64,000 nucleotides of DNA from an uncultured Lachnospiraceae bacterium (lineage in GTDB: Bacteria > Bacillota > Clostridia > Lachnospirales > Lachnospiraceae). The notes beneath the pieces were generated by a model that saw nothing but the letters and a program-made list of their open reading frames with translations, did no database searches and was not told where the DNA came from. Positions within the stretch are counted from its first letter, which is position 1. Each line of letters starts with the position of its first letter. The position numbers and the translations under genes were made by a program. Shown here one piece after another: positions 53,921-64,000 of this stretch. The DNA lies in assembly GCA_937891165.1 (NCBI GenBank), contig CALAEX010000066.1, forward strand, positions 1,242 through 65,241. Reading direction: 5' to 3'.

Positions 53921-55510
53921 ATGAAAAGAAAAGATCTAATGAAAATGGGAATGTATAACTCTATCAGCGATGCAATTGTAAAAATAGCATCTGCAAATAT
54001 TATGAGAGTGGTTAATCCGACACTGAATAATGTAAATGCATATATTAATGAAAATATGATGCCTCATTTTACAATCTCAGGACATTATGACAGCTACATT
54101 TCTAAAGCATGTGTATCTGTATTAGAAGACAAATATTTGAAGTATAAATACGGTTCTACACTTATTGATGTTGACCCAAGCTTCGCTCTCTGTACAGCAT
54201 CTATTGAAAGAGTAAAGAGAAAAGTAAGTTGCTTCCCAGAATTGGTTAATAAAACCATCAAACCAGGTATCTTCACATTGGTTATGGATGATGAAGGTTC
54301 ACGAATGATTATCGTAAAAGAACCTATATTAAATAAAGATGACCGTTCCGCTAATGGTATTCTTGGAAACATTGTCCACTATTCAACTAGTTTCTTCTTT
54401 ATTGGAAAAAGAAAGAATTACTGGTATAAAAAGATTAGAAGAGAAATTGACGATTTAGTATCTTCTATTTCTAAAGCAAACCAGAATAATGGTTCTGTAA
54501 GATACCAGACATTAGCAGCTTCCGGTGAATCCAGTAAAGATATGAAAGTAAAAGACATGGCTCTTTTACAATTTCCAATGAAAGAGCATATCTTAGATAA
54601 ACTTCAGAGTTTCAGAAATAAAGAATCTATCTATAAAGAATATCAAGTTCCATACAGAAAAGGTATTCTTCTTGGTGGAAAACCTGGTGTTGGAAAAACA
54701 GCTTTTGCATTTGCATTAGCAAATCACTTTGAAATGGAATGCGTTTCTGTTAACTTGGATTACTTTGATAAGGCTGACGGTGATGAAGCATTTAAGAATC
54801 CAAACACTGTTTATATCATTGATGAAATCGATTCTCAGTTAGTAAACAGAAGTACAACTGATCATTTAGAAATTCAGAAACAAAATACAACATCAAGAAG
54901 ACTGCTTCAGCTTCTTAGAGCAATGGATAGTATGGACGGTGGTTCCATTGTAGTAGCAACTACAAACTACCCAGAAAGATTAGATCCAGCTTTACTGCGT
55001 TCCGGACGTTTCGATATGAATATTAATATGGATGACTTGCCATATGAATATGCAGTAAATATGGTTAAATCTCGTGGATGCGATCCAGATGTTTTACTTG
55101 CTGGTAAAGAATTCCCATGCAATCCAGCTCAGCTCGAACAGGAAATCATCGAATATATTCTTAAGACAAATGAAGTTGGTCAGGAAGAAAAGATTTCTTT
55201 AGATGAACTTGGTCTTAATGAAGAAATAACAGATAAAGAAGTAGAGCCTAATGTTGAGAAGAAACCTCGTCGTAAAAAATCAAATCAAATTAAGTCTACT
55301 ATTCCAGGTTTCCCAACTTCATTTGCTGAATTTATGGGTGTTGTAGAAAAAGAAGAACCTAGTGATGAGAAAGAAGAATCTTCCGAAGTTTTCTTTGATG
55401 ACGAAGAGAATGATGAGATGATTCCAGATAATGGGGAAACGCCAGTAAATGCAGAACCAGTAAATACAGGTAATGATATATCTATGGAAGCAGTGGATGA
55501 AGAAGAATAA
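53921..55510 (+). CDS. AAA+ ATPase (classic AAA clade) with acidic C-terminal tail
   Basis: Walker A GGKPGVGKT, Walker B VYIIDEIDS, second region of homology VVATTNYPERLDPALLRSGRFD. Confidence 0.85.
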   Translation: MKRKDLMKMGMYNSISDAIVKIASANIMRVVNPTLNNVNAYINENMMPHFTISGHYDSYISKACVSVLEDKYLKYKYGSTLIDVDPSFALCTASIERVKRKVSCFPELVNKTIKPGIFTLVMDDEGSRMIIVKEPILNKDDRSANGILGNIVHYSTSFFFIGKRKNYWYKKIRREIDDLVSSISKANQNNGSVRYQTLAASGESSKDMKVKDMALLQFPMKEHILDKLQSFRNKESIYKEYQVPYRKGILLGGKPGVGKTAFAFALANHFEMECVSVNLDYFDKADGDEAFKNPNTVYIIDEIDSQLVNRSTTDHLEIQKQNTTSRRLLQLLRAMDSMDGGSIVVATTNYPERLDPALLRSGRFDMNINMDDLPYEYAVNMVKSRGCDPDVLLAGKEFPCNPAQLEQEIIEYILKTNEVGQEEKISLDELGLNEEITDKEVEPNVEKKPRRKKSNQIKSTIPGFPTSFAEFMGVVEKEEPSDEKEESSEVFFDDEENDEMIPDNGETPVNAEPVNTGNDISMEAVDEEE

Positions 55511-55521
55511 TTAAAATTAAT

Positions 55522-55557
55522 TCCAGTAGTGTTAAATTAACACTACTGGATATTTTT
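55522..55557 (+). terminator. intrinsic terminator
   Basis: 13-bp stem tccagtagtgtta/taacactactgga followed by tattttt. Confidence 0.75.
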
Positions 55558-55693
55558 GAGGTTTCTATGAAGATAAAAAAATTAAATATAGTTATTGAGA
55601 AGCAGAGTGATAAAGTATTAGATTCCGATAATGAGAAATTGCTTCCAAAAAATAAAAAGACAAAGAATAAAAATACCAAGGAGGGTAATAAGA

Positions 55694-57154
55694 ATGAAGA
55701 ATCCTAAACATGTCTTTGACATTCAAAAATTAATTAATGGTGAATATAGCTCAAAAGAACTCAGAGATAAATGTGAAGAACTCAAAATGGAACGAGAAGT
55801 TGTTAATGCCGTCGGACCATTCTTTAATATATCAATTATAAAGGCATTAAAGAGTAAGCATATTAATAGAGAGGATGCATTATCTTTACTTGCAAATCTC
55901 GTGAATATGCGAATTGAAGAATATATGTCAACCGGAGATGCTTCCGAAACAATTGAAAAGTTAGAGCATGATATAAAGCTTATTCGGAACGAATTATCTG
56001 AAAAAGATTTGATTATTCTTGCAAGAGATGAACAGATTAGTTCTCTTCAGAATTCTATTGAGGATTTAAGAAAGAAAGTAAAAGAAACATGTGATACTAG
56101 TGTATATGAAGATAAAATTAAAAGTCTAGATAGTAGATATAAAAACATGTGGTATCAAAAAAAGAAAGCTGAAAATGAAGTTAAATCCCTCAACACGATT
56201 AATTTGAAATTGCAAGATGAATTAAATATGGTTAAAGAAGACTTAGAAGCTATGAAGAAAGCTCAAAAACCAAAAGCTACCCCAAAAAATAAAGAAATCG
56301 CAAAATATAACGCACCATATACAGTAACAACAGTATCTATGAATACATCTGAAATATCTAGTGATGGATTAGAAAATGCACCTGCGAAAATAGTAAAAGT
56401 TCATTCATTTGAGGCTGCTGAATTTATTAATTTGACTATGGACAATTATGTGAAACGAAATAAAGTTACAGATAATATGGTTTATGATGCTCTTCATTAT
56501 TATATATTTCACTTTTTAACTTTAGAAGATGATGTATTTAGATATAAAATATTATTAGATATAGAGAAAAAATTAAAACATTCATCTGGAAAGTCTTTAA
56601 GAAATCTCCCTATTCCAGAAAAAGTTGAGATGTTGGATAAGTTTAATGATATGATTACTTATATATTAAAAGCAATTGAAAACAAATATGGTATCAGTAT
56701 CAAAGAAATATTTGAAACCGATTATTGTGTGAACTATGGTGATATTCCGATTCATAAAGAATTTGTAATTTTTATCGTTGGTTCTTTAATGCATTATATA
56801 CTTGACCCCTGTTACAAAGTTTCTAATTATGATAGAGCAAAATTATATTATAGTGCTGGATACGTAATTATGCAGGCATGTAATTTAGACACCTTAGAAT
56901 TTATCGGTTATATGAATTTACAAAAAATTTGCGGTACACCGATAGAAATTCCAAAAGATTGGGCTAGACTATATGATGGATATAAGAAAGGTTCGATGTC
57001 TGTAAAATATATTGCAGCATTAACCCGTCTTCCTGTAGAACGTGTATATACTTTATTATATAGAACCATTAATGGTCTTCAGAAAACCAAAGGTTGTGCA
57101 GCATACAGTTCTACTATACGTAAAGAAGTTTTAGCATATTCTGGAATAAAATAG
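55694..57154 (+). CDS. paralog-family protein 1 (coiled coil plus C-terminal HTH-like region)
   Basis: ATG follows AAGGAGGG. IPKDWARLYDGYKKGSMSVKYIAALTRLP is paralogous to IPKNWAELYHGYKSNFYTRSDLIKYTGLA in the next gene. Confidence 0.7.
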   Translation: MKNPKHVFDIQKLINGEYSSKELRDKCEELKMEREVVNAVGPFFNISIIKALKSKHINREDALSLLANLVNMRIEEYMSTGDASETIEKLEHDIKLIRNELSEKDLIILARDEQISSLQNSIEDLRKKVKETCDTSVYEDKIKSLDSRYKNMWYQKKKAENEVKSLNTINLKLQDELNMVKEDLEAMKKAQKPKATPKNKEIAKYNAPYTVTTVSMNTSEISSDGLENAPAKIVKVHSFEAAEFINLTMDNYVKRNKVTDNMVYDALHYYIFHFLTLEDDVFRYKILLDIEKKLKHSSGKSLRNLPIPEKVEMLDKFNDMITYILKAIENKYGISIKEIFETDYCVNYGDIPIHKEFVIFIVGSLMHYILDPCYKVSNYDRAKLYYSAGYVIMQACNLDTLEFIGYMNLQKICGTPIEIPKDWARLYDGYKKGSMSVKYIAALTRLPVERVYTLLYRTINGLQKTKGCAAYSSTIRKEVLAYSGIK

Positions 57155-57164
57155 TGAGGTTAAA

Positions 57165-58451
57165 ATGAAAAAGAAGATAATGAAAAATAAAATAGAGCAA
57201 CTCGAAAAAGAGTTGCTCTATTTTAAACAGAAACTATTTGAAAAAGATGGTGAAATAACTCATCTTAAAAAAGATATTGAGCAAATCAGACATCTTTTAG
57301 ATGTGAAAACTGAAAAAGAAGTAAGTATGGAATTATCTTCACTTTTAGAAGTGGAAAATCCGGATTTAAAATTTAAATATGGTCATAACTGTCATAAATT
57401 CTTTAGATCAATTGGCAATATATCGGATGAAATAATGATATCAATTGATAGTGTTGTGGAGTCTTTCATAACGGATCCGATTTATAGTCGTTTATTAAGA
57501 AATAATGATACTTACCTAACTACGAAAAATAGTATTAGACGTGAAATATTTATCGGTATCATGACATACCTTGGACATATATTAAAAGATGAAACTGATA
57601 TATTTGTGTATAGAGAGTTATCGAGAATTTATAAAGAGGATTTAGAAATTGCATTTCCTGGTGCAGTAAAAACAATTTCAAATACTGATTTGAAAGAGAA
57701 ATCGATAAATACACTTAATGGTATCATTGAGTATCTGTTTCAATTAATTCAATCATCAAGTATGATGAACATTGATGATATTTTAAATGAAACTGAAAAT
57801 ACAGGATGGAACTATTCTACCGTCGTGTATACTTTAGGTTCATTATTTGATAAAATATTTAACAATTTCGAAGATATTAAAATATGTAATGAAATTGCAA
57901 ATATATTATTATATCAATATACGAAAAATTATAGTACTACGAAATTTGAAAATATGAAAGAACGTCCACACAGACATCTGAATATTCCTAAAAATTGGGC
58001 AGAATTGTATCATGGATATAAGTCTAATTTTTATACTAGATCTGATTTAATTAAATATACAGGTTTAGCAGATACTACATTATATAAATTTATAGACTTT
58101 ACAGACAACGGTATTAGTTATCTTGGTATCAATAATCAAAAATATCAATCTATTAAAAAACTAGATGATGAGACAAAGAAAATGTGTTTCAGTGATTCAT
58201 ATATTGAAGCTTTTGTGGATAATATGTGTATCGTTGATAGTGGTGACTTTTGTATATCTACTCCTGTAATAGAATTATTTACGGCATATAAAGAATTCCG
58301 AAAACAACATGATGGACGTATTATTTTAGATGAAGAAAAAATATCATTTTCAAAACAACTTAAAAAATATACAGGATGTATATCAAAAAAGAAACGACAT
58401 CCAAACTATAAACATCCAGTTCATTGTTATAGAGGAATAAAACTTAAATAA
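57165..58451 (+). CDS. paralog-family protein 2
   Basis: N-terminal coiled coil EKDGEITHLKKDIEQIR. C-terminal ELFTAYKEFRK..FSKQLKKYTGC..KKRHP..YRGIKL is shared with 58481-58966. Confidence 0.7.
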   Translation: MKKKIMKNKIEQLEKELLYFKQKLFEKDGEITHLKKDIEQIRHLLDVKTEKEVSMELSSLLEVENPDLKFKYGHNCHKFFRSIGNISDEIMISIDSVVESFITDPIYSRLLRNNDTYLTTKNSIRREIFIGIMTYLGHILKDETDIFVYRELSRIYKEDLEIAFPGAVKTISNTDLKEKSINTLNGIIEYLFQLIQSSSMMNIDDILNETENTGWNYSTVVYTLGSLFDKIFNNFEDIKICNEIANILLYQYTKNYSTTKFENMKERPHRHLNIPKNWAELYHGYKSNFYTRSDLIKYTGLADTTLYKFIDFTDNGISYLGINNQKYQSIKKLDDETKKMCFSDSYIEAFVDNMCIVDSGDFCISTPVIELFTAYKEFRKQHDGRIILDEEKISFSKQLKKYTGCISKKKRHPNYKHPVHCYRGIKLK

Positions 58452-58480
58452 ATCTTATTGCGAAGAAAGGTATAAAATTT

Positions 58481-58966
58481 ATGAAGAAGAAAAAACTACT
58501 TGAAATGTTTATAGCACTTGAAAGGGAGATGGCTGAATTAGAAACAGCTCTTTCCAAAAAAGATGATGAAATAATTAAACTCAAGAAAGATATTGAGAAT
58601 ATTAAAAGAAGTATGGGTTTCGACAAAAAGTATTTAGATACTATACAAAAACCGTCGAAAATTGATCCTTATATCATTGATTTCATCAATACTATGTGTT
58701 ATGTGGATGTGAATGACTTCGGATTATTCACTCCTACAGACGAGTTATTTTCAGCATATAAAGAATTTCGAAAAAGTGATGGTCGTGAAATAGACGATGA
58801 TGAGAAAATTGGATTTTCGAAACGAATTAAGGAATATACAGGATGCGAGCCTAGAAAGAAACGTCATCCATTATATTTAAACCCGATGAATGGTTATCGT
58901 GGAATAAAATTAAATAAATCTTATTGTAAAGGAAGGAATGAAAGTTATGAAGAAAAAGAAACTTAA
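58481..58966 (+). CDS. paralog-family protein 3 (short form)
   Basis: KKDDEIIKLKKDIENIK plus ELFSAYKEFRK..FSKRIKEYTGC..KKRHP..YRGIKL. Confidence 0.7.
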   Translation: MKKKKLLEMFIALEREMAELETALSKKDDEIIKLKKDIENIKRSMGFDKKYLDTIQKPSKIDPYIIDFINTMCYVDVNDFGLFTPTDELFSAYKEFRKSDGREIDDDEKIGFSKRIKEYTGCEPRKKRHPLYLNPMNGYRGIKLNKSYCKGRNESYEEKET

Positions 58967-59696
58967 AAAAGAATTGAAAATTTATAAAGAAAAAGTTAAA
59001 CGACAGAAAAAGATACTTAACAATTTTACTCATATCAATAAGACGGATATTGTTGATGAAGCAGCTCTTATGCAGTCATTGACATCTATATTGGCAATTA
59101 ATGCATATAAACGGCTACCTATTATTATGGGAGATAGAATTCCTGGATATGAACCAGACTACTTATTTCAAGCAGGTTTGGCTTTGGTAATAGAAGATAT
59201 GATATCATTAGGGTATCGAAAATCCGATAAAGAAACACTTCTTGAATATATCGGAGATATCAAATGTGAATTTGAAATACCAGAATCTTTCGATTTGGAT
59301 ACAAAAGAAGGAATATATGATAGAAATTTATTATTCTTAATCAGAATATCATTTATGGAAATGATATATTGGGTATACAAATCATATTTTCAAACGTTTA
59401 ATGATGGTGGAATCAAAACTATGACAACAGAATATTATGGGTTGGCAGATATATTTGGAACTTTAGCTCATTTAACAGATTGGGGAGAGTTCTATAATGA
59501 AACCATTGTACTACTTAGACATTTACACCCAGCTAATTTAATAGCTGTTTATAATAAATATTTACAGGATTCTAAGTCCTTATGTATAGAGTTTGATGGC
59601 GATGCGGAAATTAATTTCCAATTAATTTATCATAAATTCTTACAAATTCGAGGAGGCGATGAAGCACCTCTCAATTATCTATTCGATAATAAGTAA
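58947..59696 (+). CDS. hypothetical protein following the paralog array
   Basis: ATG at 58947 follows AAAGGAAGG. The track start at 58938 is in frame. Confidence 0.65.
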   Translation: MKKKKLKKELKIYKEKVKRQKKILNNFTHINKTDIVDEAALMQSLTSILAINAYKRLPIIMGDRIPGYEPDYLFQAGLALVIEDMISLGYRKSDKETLLEYIGDIKCEFEIPESFDLDTKEGIYDRNLLFLIRISFMEMIYWVYKSYFQTFNDGGIKTMTTEYYGLADIFGTLAHLTDWGEFYNETIVLLRHLHPANLIAVYNKYLQDSKSLCIEFDGDAEINFQLIYHKFLQIRGGDEAPLNYLFDNK

Positions 59697-59705
59697 TTTT
59701 TACAC

Positions 59706-59749
59706 GAACACCATAATAAGTCTTTTGACGAATTATGGTGTTCTTTTTT
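59706..59749 (+). terminator. intrinsic terminator
   Basis: gaacaccataat-14 nt loop-attatggtgttc followed by T6. Confidence 0.75.
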
Positions 59750-59782
59750 CTTAAAAGGGGACAGAATAGGAAGTGATGACTT

Positions 59783-60220
59783 ATGATTACGAGAATTAAA
59801 AACTTTTTTACAAAGTTAGTTGATAGAGTAAGAGAATTGGCTTCGAAGAAAGAAGAGCCCAAAGACTCTACCATATCTGAAGTTAAGACGTATTTTATAA
59901 TACCGAAAAAAATTGATGATATATTGCAAGAGACTTTGTCGAGATTTTCTGGTAGCATGAGTATTCAAAAGGATATTGTTGCGACAATATATTTATCCAG
60001 GGATGGATATGACTACCGAGAAATTGGTAGAATATTTGGTGTATCAGCAACTACTATCTATAGAAGGGTGAAAGAGTTACCTAAGAAAATGCATACTATA
60101 TATGAAACCATTAAGAAGGAAACTGACTATGATGATGCAGTTATCTTGAAATCGATGGAAACCTTTTTTGGACCAAAATTCTCATTAGACGATAATGGTC
60201 ATATTGAAATGATCATGTAA
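59783..60220 (+). CDS. helix-turn-helix DNA-binding protein (sigma region-4 / resolvase-HTH-like)
   Basis: YREIGRIFGVSATTIYRRVKEL is a typical HTH. Confidence 0.6.
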   Translation: MITRIKNFFTKLVDRVRELASKKEEPKDSTISEVKTYFIIPKKIDDILQETLSRFSGSMSIQKDIVATIYLSRDGYDYREIGRIFGVSATTIYRRVKELPKKMHTIYETIKKETDYDDAVILKSMETFFGPKFSLDDNGHIEMIM

Positions 60221-60226
60221 AATAAT

Positions 60227-60269
60227 CCCTAGTATCATTTAGATACTAGGGATGTTTTATTTTTTTTTT
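60227..60269. terminator. bidirectional terminator
   Basis: ccctagtatc-5 nt loop-gatactaggg followed by atgttttattttttttt. Confidence 0.75.
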
Positions 60270-62994
60270 AAGCTTGAGTCTGTCCTGGAGCTTCTCCTTC
60301 TGTTGGAGCTTGTCCTTCAGTCGTCTGTTCAGCTTCCTGTTGTTCAGCCTGTGCCTGTTGTGCAGCTTTTACTGCTTTATCAGGAACAAGTTTTCTCAAT
60401 GCAAATAAATAATGACTTCCTCTGTTTCTATAACCAGTTAATACTGCACCTGTGAATACGCAAACTAAACTACAAACTTTTGTCATAGCTTTCATCTGTT
60501 CTTGTGTAGCATTTGCTGTTTTAAAACTATTTAATTTATTTTTCGATGCTGTCTTAAGAGCATTGATGTCATTCATTAAATTGGTATATCCATTATTTAC
60601 ATAGAAGTCTTCACAAAACTCAATCATTTCTACTACCTTATTTTTAAGGTCTGTATTTTTAAATGCAACCTTTTCTACTTTCTTTACATTCGGTCCTACT
60701 TTGTAATATAACTTCATATAATCATTTGGTTCCATTTCCGATGGGAATTTCAAGAAACTAAATAATTCTTTTTCTGTCATAGCAACTACATTCTCAGGAT
60801 TGATACTTCCAATAACATTAGTAACTGCTTTAATATTACTTAATATATCAGAAGATTTTACTGAAAAATAATTGTAAATTCTAAGTTCTACGGAATTGTA
60901 GGAACGATTTAACAAAGCATCTTTGTAGTTAGTGATTAATTCTTTTGCAGAATTAGCCATCTTACCAGTAATACCTTTCATGAAAGAATTGGTTACATTA
61001 TCGAAATATGATGTAATTTTATCTATTAAGGATTTAATCATATCTCCAAGTTTTTTCTGGTTTTCAGGGCTATTGTCCTGAACCTGCCCAGCTGCTTTTG
61101 CATTCTGTTCAGCAGATTGTGGATTCTTATGGGATTCATCTTTTACTTCTGGAGAAGAAGATTCTTTTCCTTCAGATGTAGCCTTCACTGTCTGTTCAGG
61201 TTTTGCCTGTATAATTGGTTGTGATGTTGTTTCAGGTTGTTCTGCTTCTAACATAACACCATATTCTTTGTAAATTTTGGATATACGAAATTTAGACATT
61301 TCCGCTTCCATTACATAACGAGTATAAATGTCTTCGATATCCATACAAGCTTCTACAGCAAGAACGTTAAAGTTAGGTGCATTATCCCCTTCAGGTTCCA
61401 CATCAAAACGTGTTACCATTCCATCAACCAATAATTCAGCCTCATCTTCTAAGATTTTATATCTCTGGATGATATTTTTAAGAACTTCTCCTAAGAAATT
61501 TCTATAATCTCTTTCAATCCTCTCCATTTCAGAAATCATTTCCTGACGAGCGATTTCATTAGGGATTTCATTATCTGGATTCATTGTGAGATATTTTGAA
61601 GTCTCATCAATCTTATCATAAACTTCTTTGATAAGATTTGATAATTTATCCAGTTCAAATTCAGAGTTTTTCATTTCTGATAAAATCTGGAATAATACTG
61701 CTGATTTTGCTTTTCCTTCATTTAATGTATCAGTATATTTAGCGATACTTGTAATATTTGAAATCATCATGCCAAATCTACTTGTTAACGTATCTTCAAA
61801 ACCTGCGGAACGGATTACTGCTTCTGGTGATACGAAATTATCTTTCATCTTAGCAATAATCATATTTAATCCGTTAGAAACATTGAAGAAACAATCCTTA
61901 ATTACACCATAAGGATATCCATCTGTATAATGGTTCAGTACAAAGTCGATATTCTCAACTTTATTATTGGAAGCATTTATGTATGCTCCTTTGGCTTTAT
62001 CGAAAGTTCTACGAGCATAATCTTTTACTGCAGATAAGTTTCCATAGATAGCCATATTCACTACAGAGTCGATATCCAAACCAGCCATAGAATCTTCGTA
62101 AACAGATTCATGATATACAGCACTACCTTCTGGATTATATGAATTTACTTTTCTGTATAATTCCATTAAGGAATTGATATTGAATGTATAACTTTCAATC
62201 TTTGTGAGTAAACAGAATGTAGTAAATGTAACACATTCATCTACAATACGATTTAAATTATAAAGGTAATAGTTTAAAGATTCAATTACAGAATCGGATA
62301 ACTGACCTTTGGCTTTCAATCCATTTGCTGTGTCTGTATAACTTCTCATAAGAGAAGTAGTTGTATTGATAGCTGATTTAACAGAACTAATTTCTTCCTG
62401 TAGCTCACGTTTCTTAATAGGGAATGAACGCAAGAATGGAATACATAAAGTCTGAATTGCTTGAGCATCCATAGGAACGATGTTTGGTCTTTCCTGAGAT
62501 TTGATATATGCTTTCACATCAGCGATACCACGTTGAGAAATAACTACTTGTTTTTTAATCTTAGCAGCTAAGCTGTCAGAAAAATATGCCATTAAATCTC
62601 TTGTGGAAATACGAGAGTTCATAATATCATTGATAGTACTAGCAGCATCTTTTACAACCTGTACTAAGTACTCTGGTTTAATTCTTCCGATATCATTGGT
62701 ATTTTTAAGAGGAGTGCCAAGAGGTATTTCCTCAAGCTCTGTAGTATGCTGAATCTTTTCAAAGAATGCTGTGATAGCTTCTGTATCTACAGAGATGTCT
62801 GATAACACTGTGAAAGTATCATCAATCTTTTTAATATATTTATCACTAGAATTATCAATTACAGGAATAAGTTCTTTCGTTGAACGAAGAACGTTTTCTG
62901 TTAATAATCTAGCACAAGCAACGTCATAATTAGTTGTGTTCTCACTGGCTTCTTTAATCAAACCATACTGAGTACCTAAAAAATTATCATACAT
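60268..62994 (-). CDS. hypothetical large protein (908 aa), probably structural
   Basis: Long ORF with an AGGTAGG RBS. Q/E/A-rich low-complexity C-terminus. Confidence 0.75.
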   Translation of the reverse strand: MYDNFLGTQYGLIKEASENTTNYDVACARLLTENVLRSTKELIPVIDNSSDKYIKKIDDTFTVLSDISVDTEAITAFFEKIQHTTELEEIPLGTPLKNTNDIGRIKPEYLVQVVKDAASTINDIMNSRISTRDLMAYFSDSLAAKIKKQVVISQRGIADVKAYIKSQERPNIVPMDAQAIQTLCIPFLRSFPIKKRELQEEISSVKSAINTTTSLMRSYTDTANGLKAKGQLSDSVIESLNYYLYNLNRIVDECVTFTTFCLLTKIESYTFNINSLMELYRKVNSYNPEGSAVYHESVYEDSMAGLDIDSVVNMAIYGNLSAVKDYARRTFDKAKGAYINASNNKVENIDFVLNHYTDGYPYGVIKDCFFNVSNGLNMIIAKMKDNFVSPEAVIRSAGFEDTLTSRFGMMISNITSIAKYTDTLNEGKAKSAVLFQILSEMKNSEFELDKLSNLIKEVYDKIDETSKYLTMNPDNEIPNEIARQEMISEMERIERDYRNFLGEVLKNIIQRYKILEDEAELLVDGMVTRFDVEPEGDNAPNFNVLAVEACMDIEDIYTRYVMEAEMSKFRISKIYKEYGVMLEAEQPETTSQPIIQAKPEQTVKATSEGKESSSPEVKDESHKNPQSAEQNAKAAGQVQDNSPENQKKLGDMIKSLIDKITSYFDNVTNSFMKGITGKMANSAKELITNYKDALLNRSYNSVELRIYNYFSVKSSDILSNIKAVTNVIGSINPENVVAMTEKELFSFLKFPSEMEPNDYMKLYYKVGPNVKKVEKVAFKNTDLKNKVVEMIEFCEDFYVNNGYTNLMNDINALKTASKNKLNSFKTANATQEQMKAMTKVCSLVCVFTGAVLTGYRNRGSHYLFALRKLVPDKAVKAAQQAQAEQQEAEQTTEGQAPTEGEAPGQTQA

Positions 62995-63020
62995 AATTAG
63001 TTACCTACCTTCCGATTTGA

Positions 63021-64000
63021 TTAACCTAATTTTGCTTTTGCTGTATTAGCTAAGTTTTTAATACCGTTAAGTTCTTTTGTAACAGCACCCATGACTTTTC
63101 TAATACCCGCTAATGCCTGATTGATTATCGTACCATCATTAGAGTCTTTTGCAGCTTTCGCTTTTTCTGAAATAGAAGTTTCAATATCTTTTAAATCAGC
63201 AGCCGCTTTTGTGCAAAATCCAATATGGTCTGTAAAGAAGTTTAAGACTTTCTGAATAGCTTTCATGATGTTGTCAGTAACAGCTGCTTCTGTAAAGAAA
63301 TCACCATCAACTTCATCTAAGAAAGATTCATTGTTAAGCTCTTCAATACGTTCTTTAGTTTTTCCCATGAAATTACCAAAAGCCATGTTAAACTGACCAA
63401 GCATTCTACTGTATGTTGTATAGTCAATAACACCATCATTTTTCGCTTGTTTTAACGAAGATAAGAAATTAGTTTTAGTTACAGGTCCATTAACGATACT
63501 CTGAAGATGTTTGATAATGTCTTCTTGTCTCTGTCTATTATCCTGTGCCTGTGCTCGGGTTTCCTGTGCCTGTGCTCGGGTTTCCTGTGCCTGTGCTCGG
63601 GTTTCCTGTGCTTGCCTATCACCTTTGTGATGCATTGCCCAATCGATACCTTTTCCTAAGTTGATAAGTGTTATTGGGACGCTTATTAATGCTGTGATAG
63701 CTACAGCTCTTTTTCTAAACTTCTCTAAAGCTTCATCGATCTTTTCTTCTTTTGTTTTATTATCAATTTTTCCGGTTAATAAATCGTTAGTAATACTTTG
63801 TGCTTCACTAATTAAAGCATTCATATCTTTTACATCATGAGCTTTAATATTTCCGCTAAGTACTGCTTTCATGAACTCCTGAGCCAATTCAGGATTTTCA
63901 CGCATAGCATTTTTAAATCCATCATCACTGGTTTTCTTACGAACACCAGTTACTGTGTCTTTGATACTATTTCCGATGTCTTTAAGAAACTCAATGAATG
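63021..64000 (-). CDS. hypothetical protein, N-terminus beyond the right window edge
   Basis: The frame stays open upstream of the track Met (63905) to position 64000 (..FIEFLKDIGNSIKDTVTGVRKKTSDDGFKNAMRENP..). Confidence 0.65.
   Translation of the reverse strand, partial: FIEFLKDIGNSIKDTVTGVRKKTSDDGFKNAMRENPELAQEFMKAVLSGNIKAHDVKDMNALISEAQSITNDLLTGKIDNKTKEEKIDEALEKFRKRAVAITALISVPITLINLGKGIDWAMHHKGDRQAQETRAQAQETRAQAQETRAQAQDNRQRQEDIIKHLQSIVNGPVTKTNFLSSLKQAKNDGVIDYTTYSRMLGQFNMAFGNFMGKTKERIEELNNESFLDEVDGDFFTEAAVTDNIMKAIQKVLNFFTDHIGFCTKAAADLKDIETSISEKAKAAKDSNDGTIINQALAGIRKVMGAVTKELNGIKNLANTAKAKLG
63541..63616. repeat. 21-nt tandem repeat, about 3.5 copies
   Basis: Unit tcctgtgcctgtgctcgggtt at 63541, 63562 and 63583, then a partial copy. 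Encodes (Q)ETRAQA x3 on the - strand. Confidence 0.9.

Overview
Visibly AT-rich, densely packed segment of a large (jumbo-type) dsDNA phage genome. It uses AGGAG-type ribosome-binding sites and many intrinsic terminators, as expected for a low-GC Gram-positive-type host. All calls come from reading the sequence and ORF track by eye; no search tools were run. Recognisable genes: three split multisubunit RNA polymerase genes (beta C-half 12375-16300 +, beta' N-half 46073-48711 +, beta' C-half 35994-38392 -), a RecA-family recombinase (8499-11058), a trimeric dUTPase, a RusA-like resolvase, an AAA+ ATPase, two MazG-like and two DUF4406-like genes, a T4 gp21-like prohead protease with an acidic scaffold-like neighbour, and a ~2950-aa virion protein with three cell-wall hydrolase domains. 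Main finding 1: the RecA-like gene and all three RNAP genes are interrupted by nine related group I introns of the phage IA2 (T4 td-like) type. Two carry HNH homing endonucleases, one carries an endonuclease remnant and six have no ORF. The 1.4-kb beta' N coding sequence alone has four introns, separated by 34-nt and 17-nt micro-exons. Its catalytic NADFDGD motif exists only after splicing (NADFD|GD). For six introns both splice sites, or the 5' splice site, are supported by explicit P1 (U:G) and P10 guide pairings. Main finding 2: an ~85-nt rod-like conserved element occurs five times, always just upstream of small minus-strand genes. Two of those genes have no canonical start codon. The element has a 14-bp hairpin with three different 8-nt loop classes and a conserved asymmetry that fits an RNA on the minus strand. 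Further observations: a two-hairpin 5' leader (3 copies) with covariation, a GATATATTAT promoter-like motif, a cloverleaf tRNA-like gene with an aberrant anticodon loop, and a small-protein family with a near-identical N-terminal module and unrelated C-termini.
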